Shown here one piece after another: positions 18,288 to 31,185 of a DNA stretch of 64,000 nt. The stretch comes from an uncultured Gemmatimonadaceae bacterium (GTDB lineage Bacteria; Gemmatimonadota; Gemmatimonadetes; Gemmatimonadales; Gemmatimonadaceae): contig CAWGJO010000036.1 of NCBI GenBank assembly GCA_963822945.1, forward strand, positions 32,001 to 96,000. The letters are read 5' to 3'. Within the stretch, counting starts at the first letter, position 1. Each line of letters starts with the position of its first letter. The position numbers and the translations under genes were made by a program. Under the pieces are notes generated by a model. That model ran no database searches. It was given only the letters and a program-made list of their open reading frames with translations, and was not told the DNA's origin.

Positions 18288-19985
18288 CTACTGCTTGGCC
18301 GCGGCCATCATCGAGTCGCGCTTGGCTTTGAACTCCGTACCCGGCTTCCACTGCGGAATACCGGCGGCGTTGGCGACCACGTCACCAACGCGGAAGAGCA
18401 CGCGCAGATCCTCCACTGCACCGGAGAGATCCCAGTCGGGCTTCACCTCATCGCTCACCTTGTGGTAGTCGTTGGTCGTGTACTCGTTGCGCTTCTGCAT
18501 GCCGTAGCCTTCGGGCTTCCCGATGTAGTCGATGCCGGCATCGGGATCGAGCGCCGGCACGCCCTGCGCCGCGAACTCGAAGTGGTCGGAGCGATAGTAG
18601 AAGCCCTTCTCGGGCTCGGCGTCGGGCCGCACCACACGACCGTCGGCGGCCAGTACGCTGGTCAGCACGTCGTCGAGACTGGAGTTGCCGTAGCCGATCA
18701 CCGTCATGTCCTTGGTGCGGCCCCACTGGTTGAGTCCGTCCATGTTGATGTCGGCGACGGTTTTGGCGAGCGGATACAACGGATGCTCGGCGTAGAACTT
18801 CGAGCCGAGGAGCCCCTTCTCCTCGCCGGTCACGGAGAGGAAGAGAATCGAGCGCTCGGGCGGCGTGGCGAGCTTGGTGTACGCCTTGGCGATCTCGATG
18901 AGCCCTGACGACCCGCTCGCGTTGTCCAGAGCGCCGTTGTAGATCTGGTCGCCCTTGAGGGTCGTATCACGCCCCAGGTGGTCCCAGTGCGCCGTGTACA
19001 CCACGTACTCGTCCTTCTTGCTGGTGCCTTCGAGTTTGGCCACGACGTTCTTGGACTGGATCTGCCGCACCTTGAGCTTCACATCCCAACTGGCCTTCGC
19101 GTTCAGCGTCACCGGCTTGAACGCCTTGGTGCGCGCCGCCGCGTGAAGCGAGTCGAAGTTGAGGCCGGCGTCCCGGAACAGCTCGCGGACCTTGTCCACC
19201 GTCATCCAGCCCTCTACCGGCACGCGCTGCTCGGCGTTGGCCGATGGCACATCGAACTGCTCGACGGAGAAGCTGCCCTTCACCACGGCCCAGGGATAGC
19301 CCGCCGGTCCCGTTTCGTGGATCACGATCGCCGCCGCGGCGCCCTTCGCCGTCGCGATCTCGTACTTGTAGGTATACCGGCCGTAATACGTCATCGCCTT
19401 GCCCTTGAACATCGCCGTATCCAACTGCGTGGTATCGTTGGGCAGCGTGACCGGCGGATCGTTCACGAGCATGAGGATCGTCTTGCCCTTCACGTCGGTT
19501 CCCTTGTAGTCGTCCCACCCGTATTCGGGCGCGACCACACCGTAGCCCACGAATACGACGTCCGAGTTGTCGATCTTCGTCTCGGCCCGATTGTGGCGCG
19601 ACGTGGCCACGTAGTCGTCGGGGTACCGGAGGGCCACGCGCTTGCCGCCGGCGATGATCGTCGCCGTCGGCGTTGCGGTGTAGCCGATGAGATCGACCGG
19701 CTGGAACCAGCTCCCGTCGGGATTCCCGGGTTTGAGGCCCAGGGCCGCGAACTGGCGCTGCATGTAGGCGGTGGCCTTCTCCTCACCAGGCGTTCCGGGG
19801 GCGCGGCCCTCGGTGGAATCGTCCGACAGGTCCTTGATGTGCTGCAGCAGGTCGGCGGCATCGATCGCCTGGGCCGCCTGCAGGGTGGCGGGGTCGTTAC
19901 CCGCCGGGTTCGCGCTCGGCGAGGGAGAACAGGCGACGGCGCCGAGGGCGGCGGCCGCGATCAGCGAGGCAGAAAGCTTGCGCAC
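18288..19985 (-). CDS. M28 family metallopeptidase with PA domain, probable lipoprotein
   Basis: LGAVAC lipobox-like, [55 protein letters not shown]. Confidence 0.92.
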   Translation of the reverse strand: MRKLSASLIAAAALGAVACSPSPSANPAGNDPATLQAAQAIDAADLLQHIKDLSDDSTEGRAPGTPGEEKATAYMQRQFAALGLKPGNPDGSWFQPVDLIGYTATPTATIIAGGKRVALRYPDDYVATSRHNRAETKIDNSDVVFVGYGVVAPEYGWDDYKGTDVKGKTILMLVNDPPVTLPNDTTQLDTAMFKGKAMTYYGRYTYKYEIATAKGAAAAIVIHETGPAGYPWAVVKGSFSVEQFDVPSANAEQRVPVEGWMTVDKVRELFRDAGLNFDSLHAAARTKAFKPVTLNAKASWDVKLKVRQIQSKNVVAKLEGTSKKDEYVVYTAHWDHLGRDTTLKGDQIYNGALDNASGSSGLIEIAKAYTKLATPPERSILFLSVTGEEKGLLGSKFYAEHPLYPLAKTVADINMDGLNQWGRTKDMTVIGYGNSSLDDVLTSVLAADGRVVRPDAEPEKGFYYRSDHFEFAAQGVPALDPDAGIDYIGKPEGYGMQKRNEYTTNDYHKVSDEVKPDWDLSGAVEDLRVLFRVGDVVANAAGIPQWKPGTEFKAKRDSMMAAAKQ

Positions 19986-20096
19986 GGGACGGGGGGCAGG
20001 AGGGTAGGATGGGGCGAGGGGAGTGCGCCGCTCAGGGGCGGCGAACACGGACGGAATCTCCGCCTGCCGCGCGCCCCCGGCAAGGGCGCGCCCGCT

Positions 20097-21319
20097 TCAG
20101 CTCCAGGCCGTCTCCTCGCGCGTCACCTGGATTCCGTGTCGTGCCAGTGCCGGAAACACCAATTCGTACGGCACTTCGAGCGGCGTGAGCAGCCCACGCC
20201 GCGGCAGCGATTCGTCGAGAATGAGCCGCGCGCCGAGCGCGAGCGTATAGCCCACCGTGCGCTGCATCGAGGTGAAGCCGGTGGCGAAGTCGCGCGTGTC
20301 GATGAGATCGTACACCACACGGCGGCGCTCGCCGCCGCGCACCCCGCGCACGTCCACACGCACGAAGGTCATGTCGGCCTCGTCATCCGCATACTGGAAC
20401 TGCGGCTGCGCTGCGAGCAGCGCCGCGGTGAACTCGAGCGGCGTCGCGTGGGCGCCCCGGGCGGACACCGGGTCGGCGCTCAGGAACCCGCACTTCACCA
20501 TCACGTCCCAGAAGGCGCAATGCCCGGGGAGCCGCCCCGTGTAGCGCGCCATCTCGCGCACACGGCCCTGCAACCCGAACAGCTCGGCATAGTGCGCCGC
20601 ATCGCCGTTGGGATAGCACTCCAGCGACGCGCCGACCGCCGGCACATCGAGCATGTGGTAGCGGTGCGGCTCGAACAGCGTGTCGGGCGCGATGTCCTCG
20701 ATGCGGCCGTCGTGAATGATCCGCGCCGGCCGATTGTAGGAGCGCATCACCCCGATGGGCGACCAGGAGAACTTGTAGTGCAGCGGGTTGTCCCGCGCGC
20801 CGGGCGCCGGGATGCCGGCACCGTAGGCGTGGAACTCGTGGACGTCGTCCAGTTCTCCCACCGCACGAACCCCGAGGATCAGGTCGAGTCCGGGATCGAG
20901 CCCGAATTCGGTGAGAAGCGTGAGCCCCTTCGCTCCGCGGCCGCGGCGAGCTGCGCGATCGTCCGGTCCGTGGCCTCGATCCGCGCGGGGTCCCGCTCCT
21001 GCGGATCGCGGTAGTACATGCTGCTCACGAGGTTCACGCCGGCCCGCACCGCGAGCTGGCCCATGGGCAGGGCGAAGGGTCCGGGCAGCGCCTCGACCAC
21101 CACGTCGGCATCGCGCATCAGCGCTTCGATCGCGGTGTGGTCATCCGCGTCGAGCCGAACCGCCGTCACGCGCGACGACGGGTAGCCCGACAGTTGCTCG
21201 GCGAGCGACGGATCGGCGTCCACCACGGTCACCCGCAGATCGCCGTCGCCGGACACGAGGTCGTGCAAGGCGGCGCGCCCCTGCGCGCCGTGTCCGAGAA
21301 GCAGCACCCGTCGGGTCAT
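20097..21319 (-). CDS. Saccharopine dehydrogenase family protein (one frameshift near 20930)
   Basis: MTRRVLLLGHGAQG Rossmann fold. After one missing base the frame continues KGLTLLTEFGLDPGLD...NPLHYKFSWSP...LECYPNGD...SMQRTVGY. Confidence 0.85.
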
Positions 21320-21351
21320 TCGGCGGAATGTGCCCGGCGGATGACGCGAAT

Positions 21352-21588
21352 TCAAGCGACCCGGTTGCGCCCTCCGCTGGTCTTCGACGCCAACCAGTTG
21401 AGCACGATCAGCGTCGGCACCCAGAAGGGGAAGATGCCGTACAGCGTATCGCTCACCGAGTGCGAGTGTCGGTCGACGGCCACGAATACGTTCACGCAGA
21501 AAGCTGCCGCCATCACGACGACAACGAGTCCCTGCCATGACACGGGGCGATAGACCCAGCCCCACGGTTTGAACCAGGTGCGTTTCAT
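21352..21588 (-). CDS. Small two-TM hypothetical membrane protein (78 aa)
   Basis: MKRTWFKPWGWVYRPVSWQG...DRHSHSVSDTLYGIFPF, two hydrophobic stretches. The longer ORF start is a repeat artefact. Confidence 0.75.
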   Translation of the reverse strand: MKRTWFKPWGWVYRPVSWQGLVVVVMAAAFCVNVFVAVDRHSHSVSDTLYGIFPFWVPTLIVLNWLASKTSGGRNRVA

Positions 21589-21590
21589 GA

Positions 21591-21719
21591 GTCGGTAGGT
21601 CGGTAGGTCGGAGGTGGTAGGCTCGAGTCGGTAGGTCGGTAGGTCGGTAGGTCGGTAGGTCGGTAGGTCGGTAGGTCGGTAGGTCGGTAGGTCGGTAGGT
21701 CGGTAGGTCGGTAGGTCGG
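21591..21719 (+). repeat. Octamer tandem array (GTCGGTAG)n
   Basis: 11 perfect units at 21627-21714 plus a partial unit, and 2-4 further partly degenerate units from 21591. Confidence 0.95.
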
Positions 21720-21860
21720 GCGACTTTACAATGCAAAGTTCTTGTCGATTCCGCAAGCCCCGATTGTCGCCGGTTGCCCAACCCCTGCGCCGCGCTCATG
21801 TTCAGGCCCGTGCTCCCCTCAATTCCAAGCGCACTCCGTCGACGTTCATCGAGGACCACC

Positions 21861-24249
21861 ATGCGACACCGAGTTGCTCTCCTGGCGACGCTGGCCGCGT
21901 TCACGCCCGCCCTGCTCGCCGCCCAACAACCCAAGACCATCACGGCCGCCGACTACGCGCGCGCCGAGCAGTCCATGGGGTACTACACGAGTCCATTGGT
22001 CACCGGCGGCTTCGTGAGCCCCAACTGGATGACCGGCGACCGCTTCTGGTATCGCGAAGCGACCCCCGGGGGCGCCGAGTTCCTGCTCGTCAATCCGGCG
22101 CGCGGCACCAAGGCGCCCGCCTTCAACCACGCGAAGCTCGCCGCCGCCCTCTCGGCGGTGTCGGGCGAGCACTATACCGCCGACTCCCTGCCCTTCTATT
22201 CCATCGAGCTGTCGAACGACGGTCGCACGGTGTCGTTCGACGCCGGCCGCCGCCACTACAGCTGCGACGTCGGCGGCAGCAAATGCACCGACGAGGGCGC
22301 GGCGACGGGACGCGGCATGGGCCGCGGCGGACGCGGGTTCGGACGCGGCGGGCAGGCCGCCAACGGCCGCCCACCCGAGAACATGTCGCCCGACGGCAAG
22401 CATGGCGTGTTCATCCGTGACTGGAACCTCTGGGTGCGCGACGTGGCCACCGGCCAGGAACGCCAGCTCACGCACGACGGCGTCGAGAACTTCGGCTACG
22501 CCACCGACAACGCCGGCTGGAAGCACAGCGACCAGGCCATCGGGCTCTGGTCGCCCGATTCGAAGGAGTTCGCGACGTACCAGCAGGACCAGCGCAAGAC
22601 CGGTGACATGTACCTGGTGGTCACCAACGTCGGCCATCCGACGCTGCAGGCGTGGAAGTATCCACTGCCCGGCGACACCAACATCACGATGATCCAGCGC
22701 GTGATCGTCAACGTGGACAACGGCAGCGTGGTGCGGCTCAAGATGCCGCCCGACCAGCACCGGACGTCGATCTGCGACGACATCGCCTGCCGCGGCAACA
22801 CGCTCAGCGACGCCGAGTGGAGCCCCGACTCGCGGACCCTGATGTTCCTGTCCACGCTCGCGCGACCACCGCGACGAGAACCTGCGGGTGGCCGATGCCG
22901 CCACGGGCGACGTGCACGAGGTGTACGAGGAGAAGAGCCCCGACTTCTTCGAGTCGGGCTACAACATGGTCAACTGGCACTACCTGCCGGAGTCGAACGA
23001 GTTCATCTGGTATTCCGAGCGCACCAACTGGGGGCAGCTCTACCTGTACGACCTCGCCACCGGCAAACTCAAGAACGCCATCACGACCGGCAACTGGAAA
23101 GTCTGGCAGGTGCTCAAGGTCGATGCGGCCAACCGGCGCATCTACTTCACCGCCGGCGGCCGGGAGCCGGGCAACCCGTACTTCTCGCACTTCTACAGTG
23201 TGAAGTTCGACGGGTCGGATTTCCGCTCGCTCACGCCGGACAGCGCCAACCACAGCGTGCAGCTCGCCCCCGACGGGCGGTACTTCGTGGATACCTACTC
23301 CACGCCGCAGACGCCGGCGGTCACGGTCCTTCGCGACGACCACGGCAAGGTGATCGCGCAGCTCGACAAGCAGGACATCTCCAAGCTGCTGGCCACCGGG
23401 TGGCGGCCGCCGAAGACGGTGGTGGTCAAGGCGCGCGACGGGAAGACCGATCTCTACGGGCTGATGTACACGCCCACGAACCTCGATCCCGACGCGAAGT
23501 ACCCGATCGTCAACCACATCTACCCGGGCCCCCAGTCCGGGAGCGTGGGCGGGTGGAGCTTCTCGGCGGGCCGCGGCGACGCGCAGGCGCTGGCCCAACT
23601 GGGCTTCGTGGTGCTCGAACTCGACGCCATGGGCTCGCCGGGTCGGTCGCATTCCTTCCAGGCTGCCTACTACGGCCACATGGGCACCGACAACGGGCTG
23701 CCCGATCAGATCGCGGGCATGAAGCAGCTCGCGCAGCGCTATCCGTACATCGACATCGACAAGGCCGGGATCTACGGCCACTCCGGGGGCGGGTTCGCCA
23801 CCGCCGACGCGATGTTCCGCTACCCCGACTTCTTCAAGGTCGGCATCTCCGAGTCGGGTAATCACGACCAGGCCGAGTACGAGGACGACTGGGGCGAGAA
23901 GTGGCAGGGACTCGACGTACCGCTGCCCGACGGCACCTGGAGCTACTACAAGGAGTCGAACGAATCGGTGGCCAAGAACCTCAAGGGCCACCTGCTGCTC
24001 GCGCACGGCACGATCGACGACAACGTGCCGCCGTACAACACGCTCCTCGTGGTCGACAGCCTGATCAAGTACAACAAGGATTTCGATCTGCTGCTGATCC
24101 CGAACGTCCACCATGGATACGGCGCGGCGTCGTTGTACATGCAGCGTCGGCGGTGGGACTACTTCGTGCGGTATCTGATGGGCGCGACGCCGCCGAAGGA
24201 ATACCACATGGGGCCGCCGGAGGATTCGGCCGGACGGCGGGGACGGTAG
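21861..24249 (+). CDS. S9 family dipeptidyl-peptidase IV-like protein, exported (one frameshift near 22857)
   Basis: Signal peptide, DPP IV N-terminal propeller, IYPGPQ, GIYGHSGGG nucleophile, GNHD, HGTIDDNV, H at NVHHG. An extra base at TCCACG-C-TCGCGC joins the two ORFs. Confidence 0.88.
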
Positions 24250-24290
24250 GAATAGCTCGTCGGCCGTCAGCCGGCAATTGACGGCTGACG

Positions 24291-24388
24291 GCGAACTACG
24301 CGTTCAGCGTCATCAGTGCACAGTGGCCAGTCGCCCGTGTGGGTTCGGGTGACTGGCCACTGTGCACTGAACACACGTAACCGGTAGT
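24291..24388. repeat. About 100-bp palindromic (REP-like) element, copy 1
   Basis: TCAGTGCACAGTGGCCAGTCGCCCG-N8-CGGGTGACTGGCCACTGTGCACTGA stem, preceded by GCGAACTAC. Confidence 0.85.
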
Positions 24389-24474
24389 CAACCGTCCCTC
24401 ACCAGCACATACCGGGCAGGAGTCCGCTGTCCGCAGTCCGCAGTCGCCCGCGGTGGCCCGAGTAGATTGATCGC

Positions 24475-24993
24475 ATGCTCCGCATCCTCCTGCTGACCGT
24501 GCTCGCCGCCGCCCCGCTCATGGCCCAGCAACCCGACACCCTGCACTTCGTGCGCGCCGAGGGCGAGACGCTCACCGGCCAGCGCTTCGTGGTCCCCGAC
24601 GACTTTGCGGGGAAACGCAACCTCGTCTTCATCGCCTTCAGTCGTGGCCAGCAGGCGGATATCGACGCCTGGAAGCCGCTGCGCGATTCGTTGACGGCCG
24701 CCGATTCGGGGCTCCAGTGGTACGAACTGCCCACGCTGGGCCGCCGCTACCGGCTGATTCGCGGCGTCATCGACGGCGGGATGCGACGCGGGATCCCCGA
24801 CAGCACCACCCGGGCCCACACGATCACCCTCTACATCGACAAGACCCCGTTCGAGCGCCCGCTCGGCATTTCCGACGAGGACTCCATCGCCGTCGTGCTC
24901 GCGCACCGCGACGGCACGGTGATCTGGAAGACCCGCGGACGGCCAACGGCCGAGAAGGCGGCCGAATTGCGGGCCGTCATCGAACACCGATAG
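24475..24993 (+). CDS. Exported hypothetical protein, ATP10-like/thioredoxin-like fold
   Basis: Signal peptide (PLMA-QQ), GETLTG..FVVP.DF.GK, QQADIDAW, YELP, IDGGMRRGIP, ITLY. No CxxC. Family recognised from memory. Confidence 0.7.
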   Translation: MLRILLLTVLAAAPLMAQQPDTLHFVRAEGETLTGQRFVVPDDFAGKRNLVFIAFSRGQQADIDAWKPLRDSLTAADSGLQWYELPTLGRRYRLIRGVIDGGMRRGIPDSTTRAHTITLYIDKTPFERPLGISDEDSIAVVLAHRDGTVIWKTRGRPTAEKAAELRAVIEHR

Positions 24994-25019
24994 CGCGTCG
25001 GCTCTGAGCGACGGGCGGC

Positions 25020-25121
25020 GCGAACTACAAGCCGAGAGTCGTCAGTGCACAGTGGCCAGTCGCCCGTATGGTTTCGGGCAACTGGCCACTGTGCACTGAA
25101 CACGCTGAACTCGTAGTTCGC
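25020..25121. repeat. About 100-bp palindromic (REP-like) element, copy 2
   Basis: Same core stem as copy 1, bounded by GCGAACTAC...GTAGTTCGC, followed by a heptamer run (GCTGTTA/GCCGTTA/GCTGTCA) to 25154. Confidence 0.85.
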
Positions 25122-25154
25122 TGCTAGCTGTTAGCCGTTAGCTGTCAACCGTCA

Positions 25155-28100
25155 TCAGGGAATGATCTTCGCTCCCGTCAGCCGGTTGTACGCCGACAGA
25201 TCGTTCTTCATCAGCGCGTCGTACGCCGCCTTTCCCGCGTTCAGATTGGTCTCGATCATCTGCAGCACCTCGTGCGTCGTGTTGGTCGGCTTGTAGTTCG
25301 CGCCGCCCGCCACGTCGCCGCCGCCCAGCCCCGTCTCGGCGTACAGCCAGATGAGGTTGAGATAGACCTTGTCGGCGTTGACGAAGTACTTGTCGTCGCT
25401 GTTCAGGTTCTCGCGCGAGATCAGCATCAGCTCCACCTTCATGAGCTTGTCGTTCATCGCCGCGAGTTCCTTGAGGCGCGCGTCGTTGCCCGCCGCCTTC
25501 TTGGTCTCCACCTCCAGCGCGTGCCGCATCACCTCCAGCCGGTTGATCATCTTCACCGTGCTGTTGAGGTCGTCGCGAATGCGGATCTGCATCTGCAGCG
25601 ACGCTTCGAGATCGGCCTGCGACGTCGTGAGCTTGGGATCGGTCACCACCTCGAAGGGACGTGTGAACGTCTTCCCGTCCACGGTGAGCTTGGCCGTGTA
25701 CTTGCCCGGGACGGCGAGCGGGCCCTGGCGCTGCGTGCCCGCAATGCCCCAGTGGGTCACCGGACGCGTGTCCTTGTCCTTGAACCGGGCCTCGTCCCAG
25801 ATGTTCGGGTTGTCGGGCGCCGCGGTGCGCAGTTCCGGCTGGTCGGGCCCGTCGTACTGCAGGTCCCAGGTGATCAGGTTCTGCCCGCGGCGGCCGGCCT
25901 GCCGCATCGTCCGCACCACCGTACCGTGCGAATCGGCGATCTGCAGCTCCACCGAATCCTTCGGCGCCTCCCGGCTCATGAACCGGAACTGCGCTTCGCC
26001 GCTGCGCGCCTGCCGGAAGCCCGGGCGCGGTACGTAGAAGTACGCCTCGGCGTTCGCCGGCACCTGATCCTTCTGCTCGAGCGTCGTGATGTCGTGCATG
26101 ATGTAGACGCCGCGACCGTACGTCGACACCACCACGTCGTGCCAGAGTTTCGGCACCTGGATCCAGGTGACCGGCGCGGCCGGCAGGCCGGTCTGGAAGT
26201 GCGTCCAGTGGGCGCCGTCGTCCATGGAGTAGTAGAACGCGTGTCCCGTGCCGGCGAAGAGCATGCCCTTGCGGTTCGGATTCTCGGCCACGGTCATCAC
26301 GTAGTCCAGCGGATGATCCTGCGGCAGCGCGTCGCTGATGCGCGTCCAGCTCTTCCCGTAGTTGGTGGTCTTGTAGATGTACGGCTTGCGGTTGTCCATC
26401 ATGTGGTAGTCCACGGCCATGTACGCCGTGCCCGGATCGAACACCGACGGGGAGATCTCGCGCACCGTGCCCCAGGGGGCCATGCCCACGTTCTTGCTCA
26501 CGTCCTCCCAGTGCGCCCCGCCGTCGCGCGTGTACCAGACCTTGCCGTCGTTGGTGCCGGCCCAGATGAGGCCGCGCTGGATGGGCGACGGCGCGATGGC
26601 AAACACCACCTCGCCCGCGAACTGGCCGAGGTTGTCGCCCACGAGCCCGCCGGACGACATGATGCGGCTGCTGTCACGGGTCGAGAGGTCGGGACTGATC
26701 ACGCTCCAGCTCTGCCCGCCGTTGCTCGTCTTGAAGATCACCTGACAGCCGTAGTACACGGTGTTGTGATCGAACGGGTCGATGGCCAGCGGCGGCGTCC
26801 AGTGGCACCGGTACTTCGCTTCGGTGGGCGCGTAGTCGAGCAGGTGGATCCACGGGCTGACGGCGCGCGCCAACCCGGTCTTCGCGTCGTAGCGTGAGAC
26901 CTCGTTCGCGTAGCAGGTGGCCCAGACGATGTCGGGATCCGTGGGATCGGGAATCGTGAAGCCAGACTCGCAGCCGCCGAGGTTGTGATCCCACGTCGCG
27001 GTGCGGGTGCCGCCGAATCCGCCGCGGCCGCCCCGTCCGCCAAAGCCGCCGCGCCCACCGCGGCCGCCACCCTGCTGCTCGACGTTGCCGGCGCTGTCGA
27101 AGGCGATGATCCGCGTGGCGCTGGTCGGCGCCTCCACCGCGTCGCTCGGCCCGCGCATGGTGCCGTCGTCCTGCCGGTTGCCGTACACCCAGTACGGCAC
27201 CTGATTGTCCACCGCCACGTGATACATCTGCGCGTTCGGAATCGCGATGCGCGTCAGGGTCTTGCCGTGGTCGGCGGTCACGCTGGCGCCGCCGTCGTAG
27301 GTCAGCCCGAAGTGGTCCGGACTGATCGGATCGATCCAGATATCGTGGTTGTCGCCGCCCCACGGCTCGCTCTGCCAGGTCCTGCCGCCGTCGGTGGACT
27401 TGTAGAAGCCGCTGTTGGCGAGCAGCACCTCGTCGGCATTGCCGCTGTTCACTGCGAGGTGGATGTAGTAGCCGGCGCGACCGATCAGCAGGCGGTTCCA
27501 GCTCACCACGTGCCAGGTGTGTCCGCCGTCATCCGAACGCCAGACGGACCCCTGGTCCTTGGTCTGGATGAGCGCGTACACGCGGTTCGACGCCGAGGGC
27601 GCCACCGCGACGTCGATCTTGCCGAGCGGGGAGTGCGGCAGTCCGGCGTCCTCGACGTGCGTCCAGGTGGCGCCGCTGTCGCGCGACACGTAGATGCCGC
27701 TGCTCGGGCCGCCGCCGAGTTCGGCGTACGTGTGCATCTCCACCTGCCACATGCCGGCGAACAGCACCGCCGGATCGTGCAGGTCGAGGCTCAGCCCGGA
27801 ACAGCCGGTGTTCTCGTTCACGAACAGCACCCGGTTCCAGGTCTTGCCGCCGTCCATCGTGCGGTACACGCCGCGCTCCTGCTGCGGTCCCGTGGTGCGG
27901 CCCAGCGCGCACACGTACACGATGTCTGCGTTGGTCGGGTTGACGATGATGCGCCCGATGCGCCCGGTCTGCGTGAGCCCCATGTGGGTCCAGTGCATCC
28001 CGCCGTCGGTGGATTTGTACACGCCGTCGCCCATGACGTCGGCGTCGCGGATGGCCCACGCCTCGCCCGTGCCCGCCCATACCACGTTGTGGTCGGAGGG

Positions 28101-28409
28101 CGCGACGGCCAGCGCACCGATGGCCTGCACCGGCTCGTCGTCGAACACGGGGCCGAAGCTGTGCCCGCCGTCCACGGACTTCCACACGCCGCCCGACGCC
28201 GAGCCGAGGTACCAGATGGCGGTGTCGCCGGGCACGCCGGAGATCGAGGCGATGCGCCCGCCGCTGGCCGGGCCGACGAATTGGAAGTGGAGTGGCTGCG
28301 GGGCCGGCGGCGGTCCGCCGCGACCGCGCCGCTGCGCGAGCGACGGAGCGGCGACGAGCGGCAGGGCCAGCAGACCGGCGAGGATGGCGCGAGTACGAAG
28401 GGAGATCAT
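25155..28409 (-). CDS. VPS10/BNR-repeat beta-propeller glycosyl hydrolase-like exported protein
   Basis: Signal peptide, FQFVGPASGGRI, repeated SxDGGxxW Asp-boxes, GGDNHDIWI. Paralogue of 2019-5069. Confidence 0.88.
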   Translation of the reverse strand: MISLRTRAILAGLLALPLVAAPSLAQRRGRGGPPPAPQPLHFQFVGPASGGRIASISGVPGDTAIWYLGSASGGVWKSVDGGHSFGPVFDDEPVQAIGALAVAPSDHNVVWAGTGEAWAIRDADVMGDGVYKSTDGGMHWTHMGLTQTGRIGRIIVNPTNADIVYVCALGRTTGPQQERGVYRTMDGGKTWNRVLFVNENTGCSGLSLDLHDPAVLFAGMWQVEMHTYAELGGGPSSGIYVSRDSGATWTHVEDAGLPHSPLGKIDVAVAPSASNRVYALIQTKDQGSVWRSDDGGHTWHVVSWNRLLIGRAGYYIHLAVNSGNADEVLLANSGFYKSTDGGRTWQSEPWGGDNHDIWIDPISPDHFGLTYDGGASVTADHGKTLTRIAIPNAQMYHVAVDNQVPYWVYGNRQDDGTMRGPSDAVEAPTSATRIIAFDSAGNVEQQGGGRGGRGGFGGRGGRGGFGGTRTATWDHNLGGCESGFTIPDPTDPDIVWATCYANEVSRYDAKTGLARAVSPWIHLLDYAPTEAKYRCHWTPPLAIDPFDHNTVYYGCQVIFKTSNGGQSWSVISPDLSTRDSSRIMSSGGLVGDNLGQFAGEVVFAIAPSPIQRGLIWAGTNDGKVWYTRDGGAHWEDVSKNVGMAPWGTVREISPSVFDPGTAYMAVDYHMMDNRKPYIYKTTNYGKSWTRISDALPQDHPLDYVMTVAENPNRKGMLFAGTGHAFYYSMDDGAHWTHFQTGLPAAPVTWIQVPKLWHDVVVSTYGRGVYIMHDITTLEQKDQVPANAEAYFYVPRPGFRQARSGEAQFRFMSREAPKDSVELQIADSHGTVVRTMRQAGRRGQNLITWDLQYDGPDQPELRTAAPDNPNIWDEARFKDKDTRPVTHWGIAGTQRQGPLAVPGKYTAKLTVDGKTFTRPFEVVTDPKLTTSQADLEASLQMQIRIRDDLNSTVKMINRLEVMRHALEVETKKAAGNDARLKELAAMNDKLMKVELMLISRENLNSDDKYFVNADKVYLNLIWLYAETGLGGGDVAGGANYKPTNTTHEVLQMIETNLNAGKAAYDALMKNDLSAYNRLTGAKIIP

Positions 28410-28424
28410 GAGTGGACCCCGGGG

Positions 28425-30875
<2,451 letters not shown>

Positions 30876-31000
30876 GGGACGGGTTCCGGGCGAGGCGGGC
30901 AGGCGGATATTGTATACGGAGTCCGGCCCCTATCATGCCACCGGGGACACTGCTCCCGCTAGGGCGCCCCGTGAGCCCACCCCAGTCCATCGCAGCCCCC

Positions 31001-31160
31001 AATTCCATTCCGTTCCAGTCCGTTGCCATCCGTTCAACTCCGTATCCAATTCGTGGATGCCCGTGCGATCGAGTTCCATGTGCTGCGCGCGGAACTCAAT
31101 CTGTCGGGCTTCTACGCTGCTGGACGCGGACCCAACGGATTGGAACGGACTGGCACGGAT
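31001..31160. repeat. Degenerate decamer arrays (TCCGTTCCAN)n as an inverted pair
   Basis: About 5 units at 31001-31056 on +, about 3-4 reverse-complement units (TGGAACGGA) at 31127-31160. Confidence 0.7.
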
Positions 31161-31185
31161 AGAAGCTGAAGAGAAGGAACGCCCC

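Noticed and set aside
21591..21943. Proteins with PTDLPTYR or LSDCPTVR repeats (also 32863-33006, 33700-33771)
   Set aside because: Translations of non-coding octamer arrays. Better starts exist downstream.
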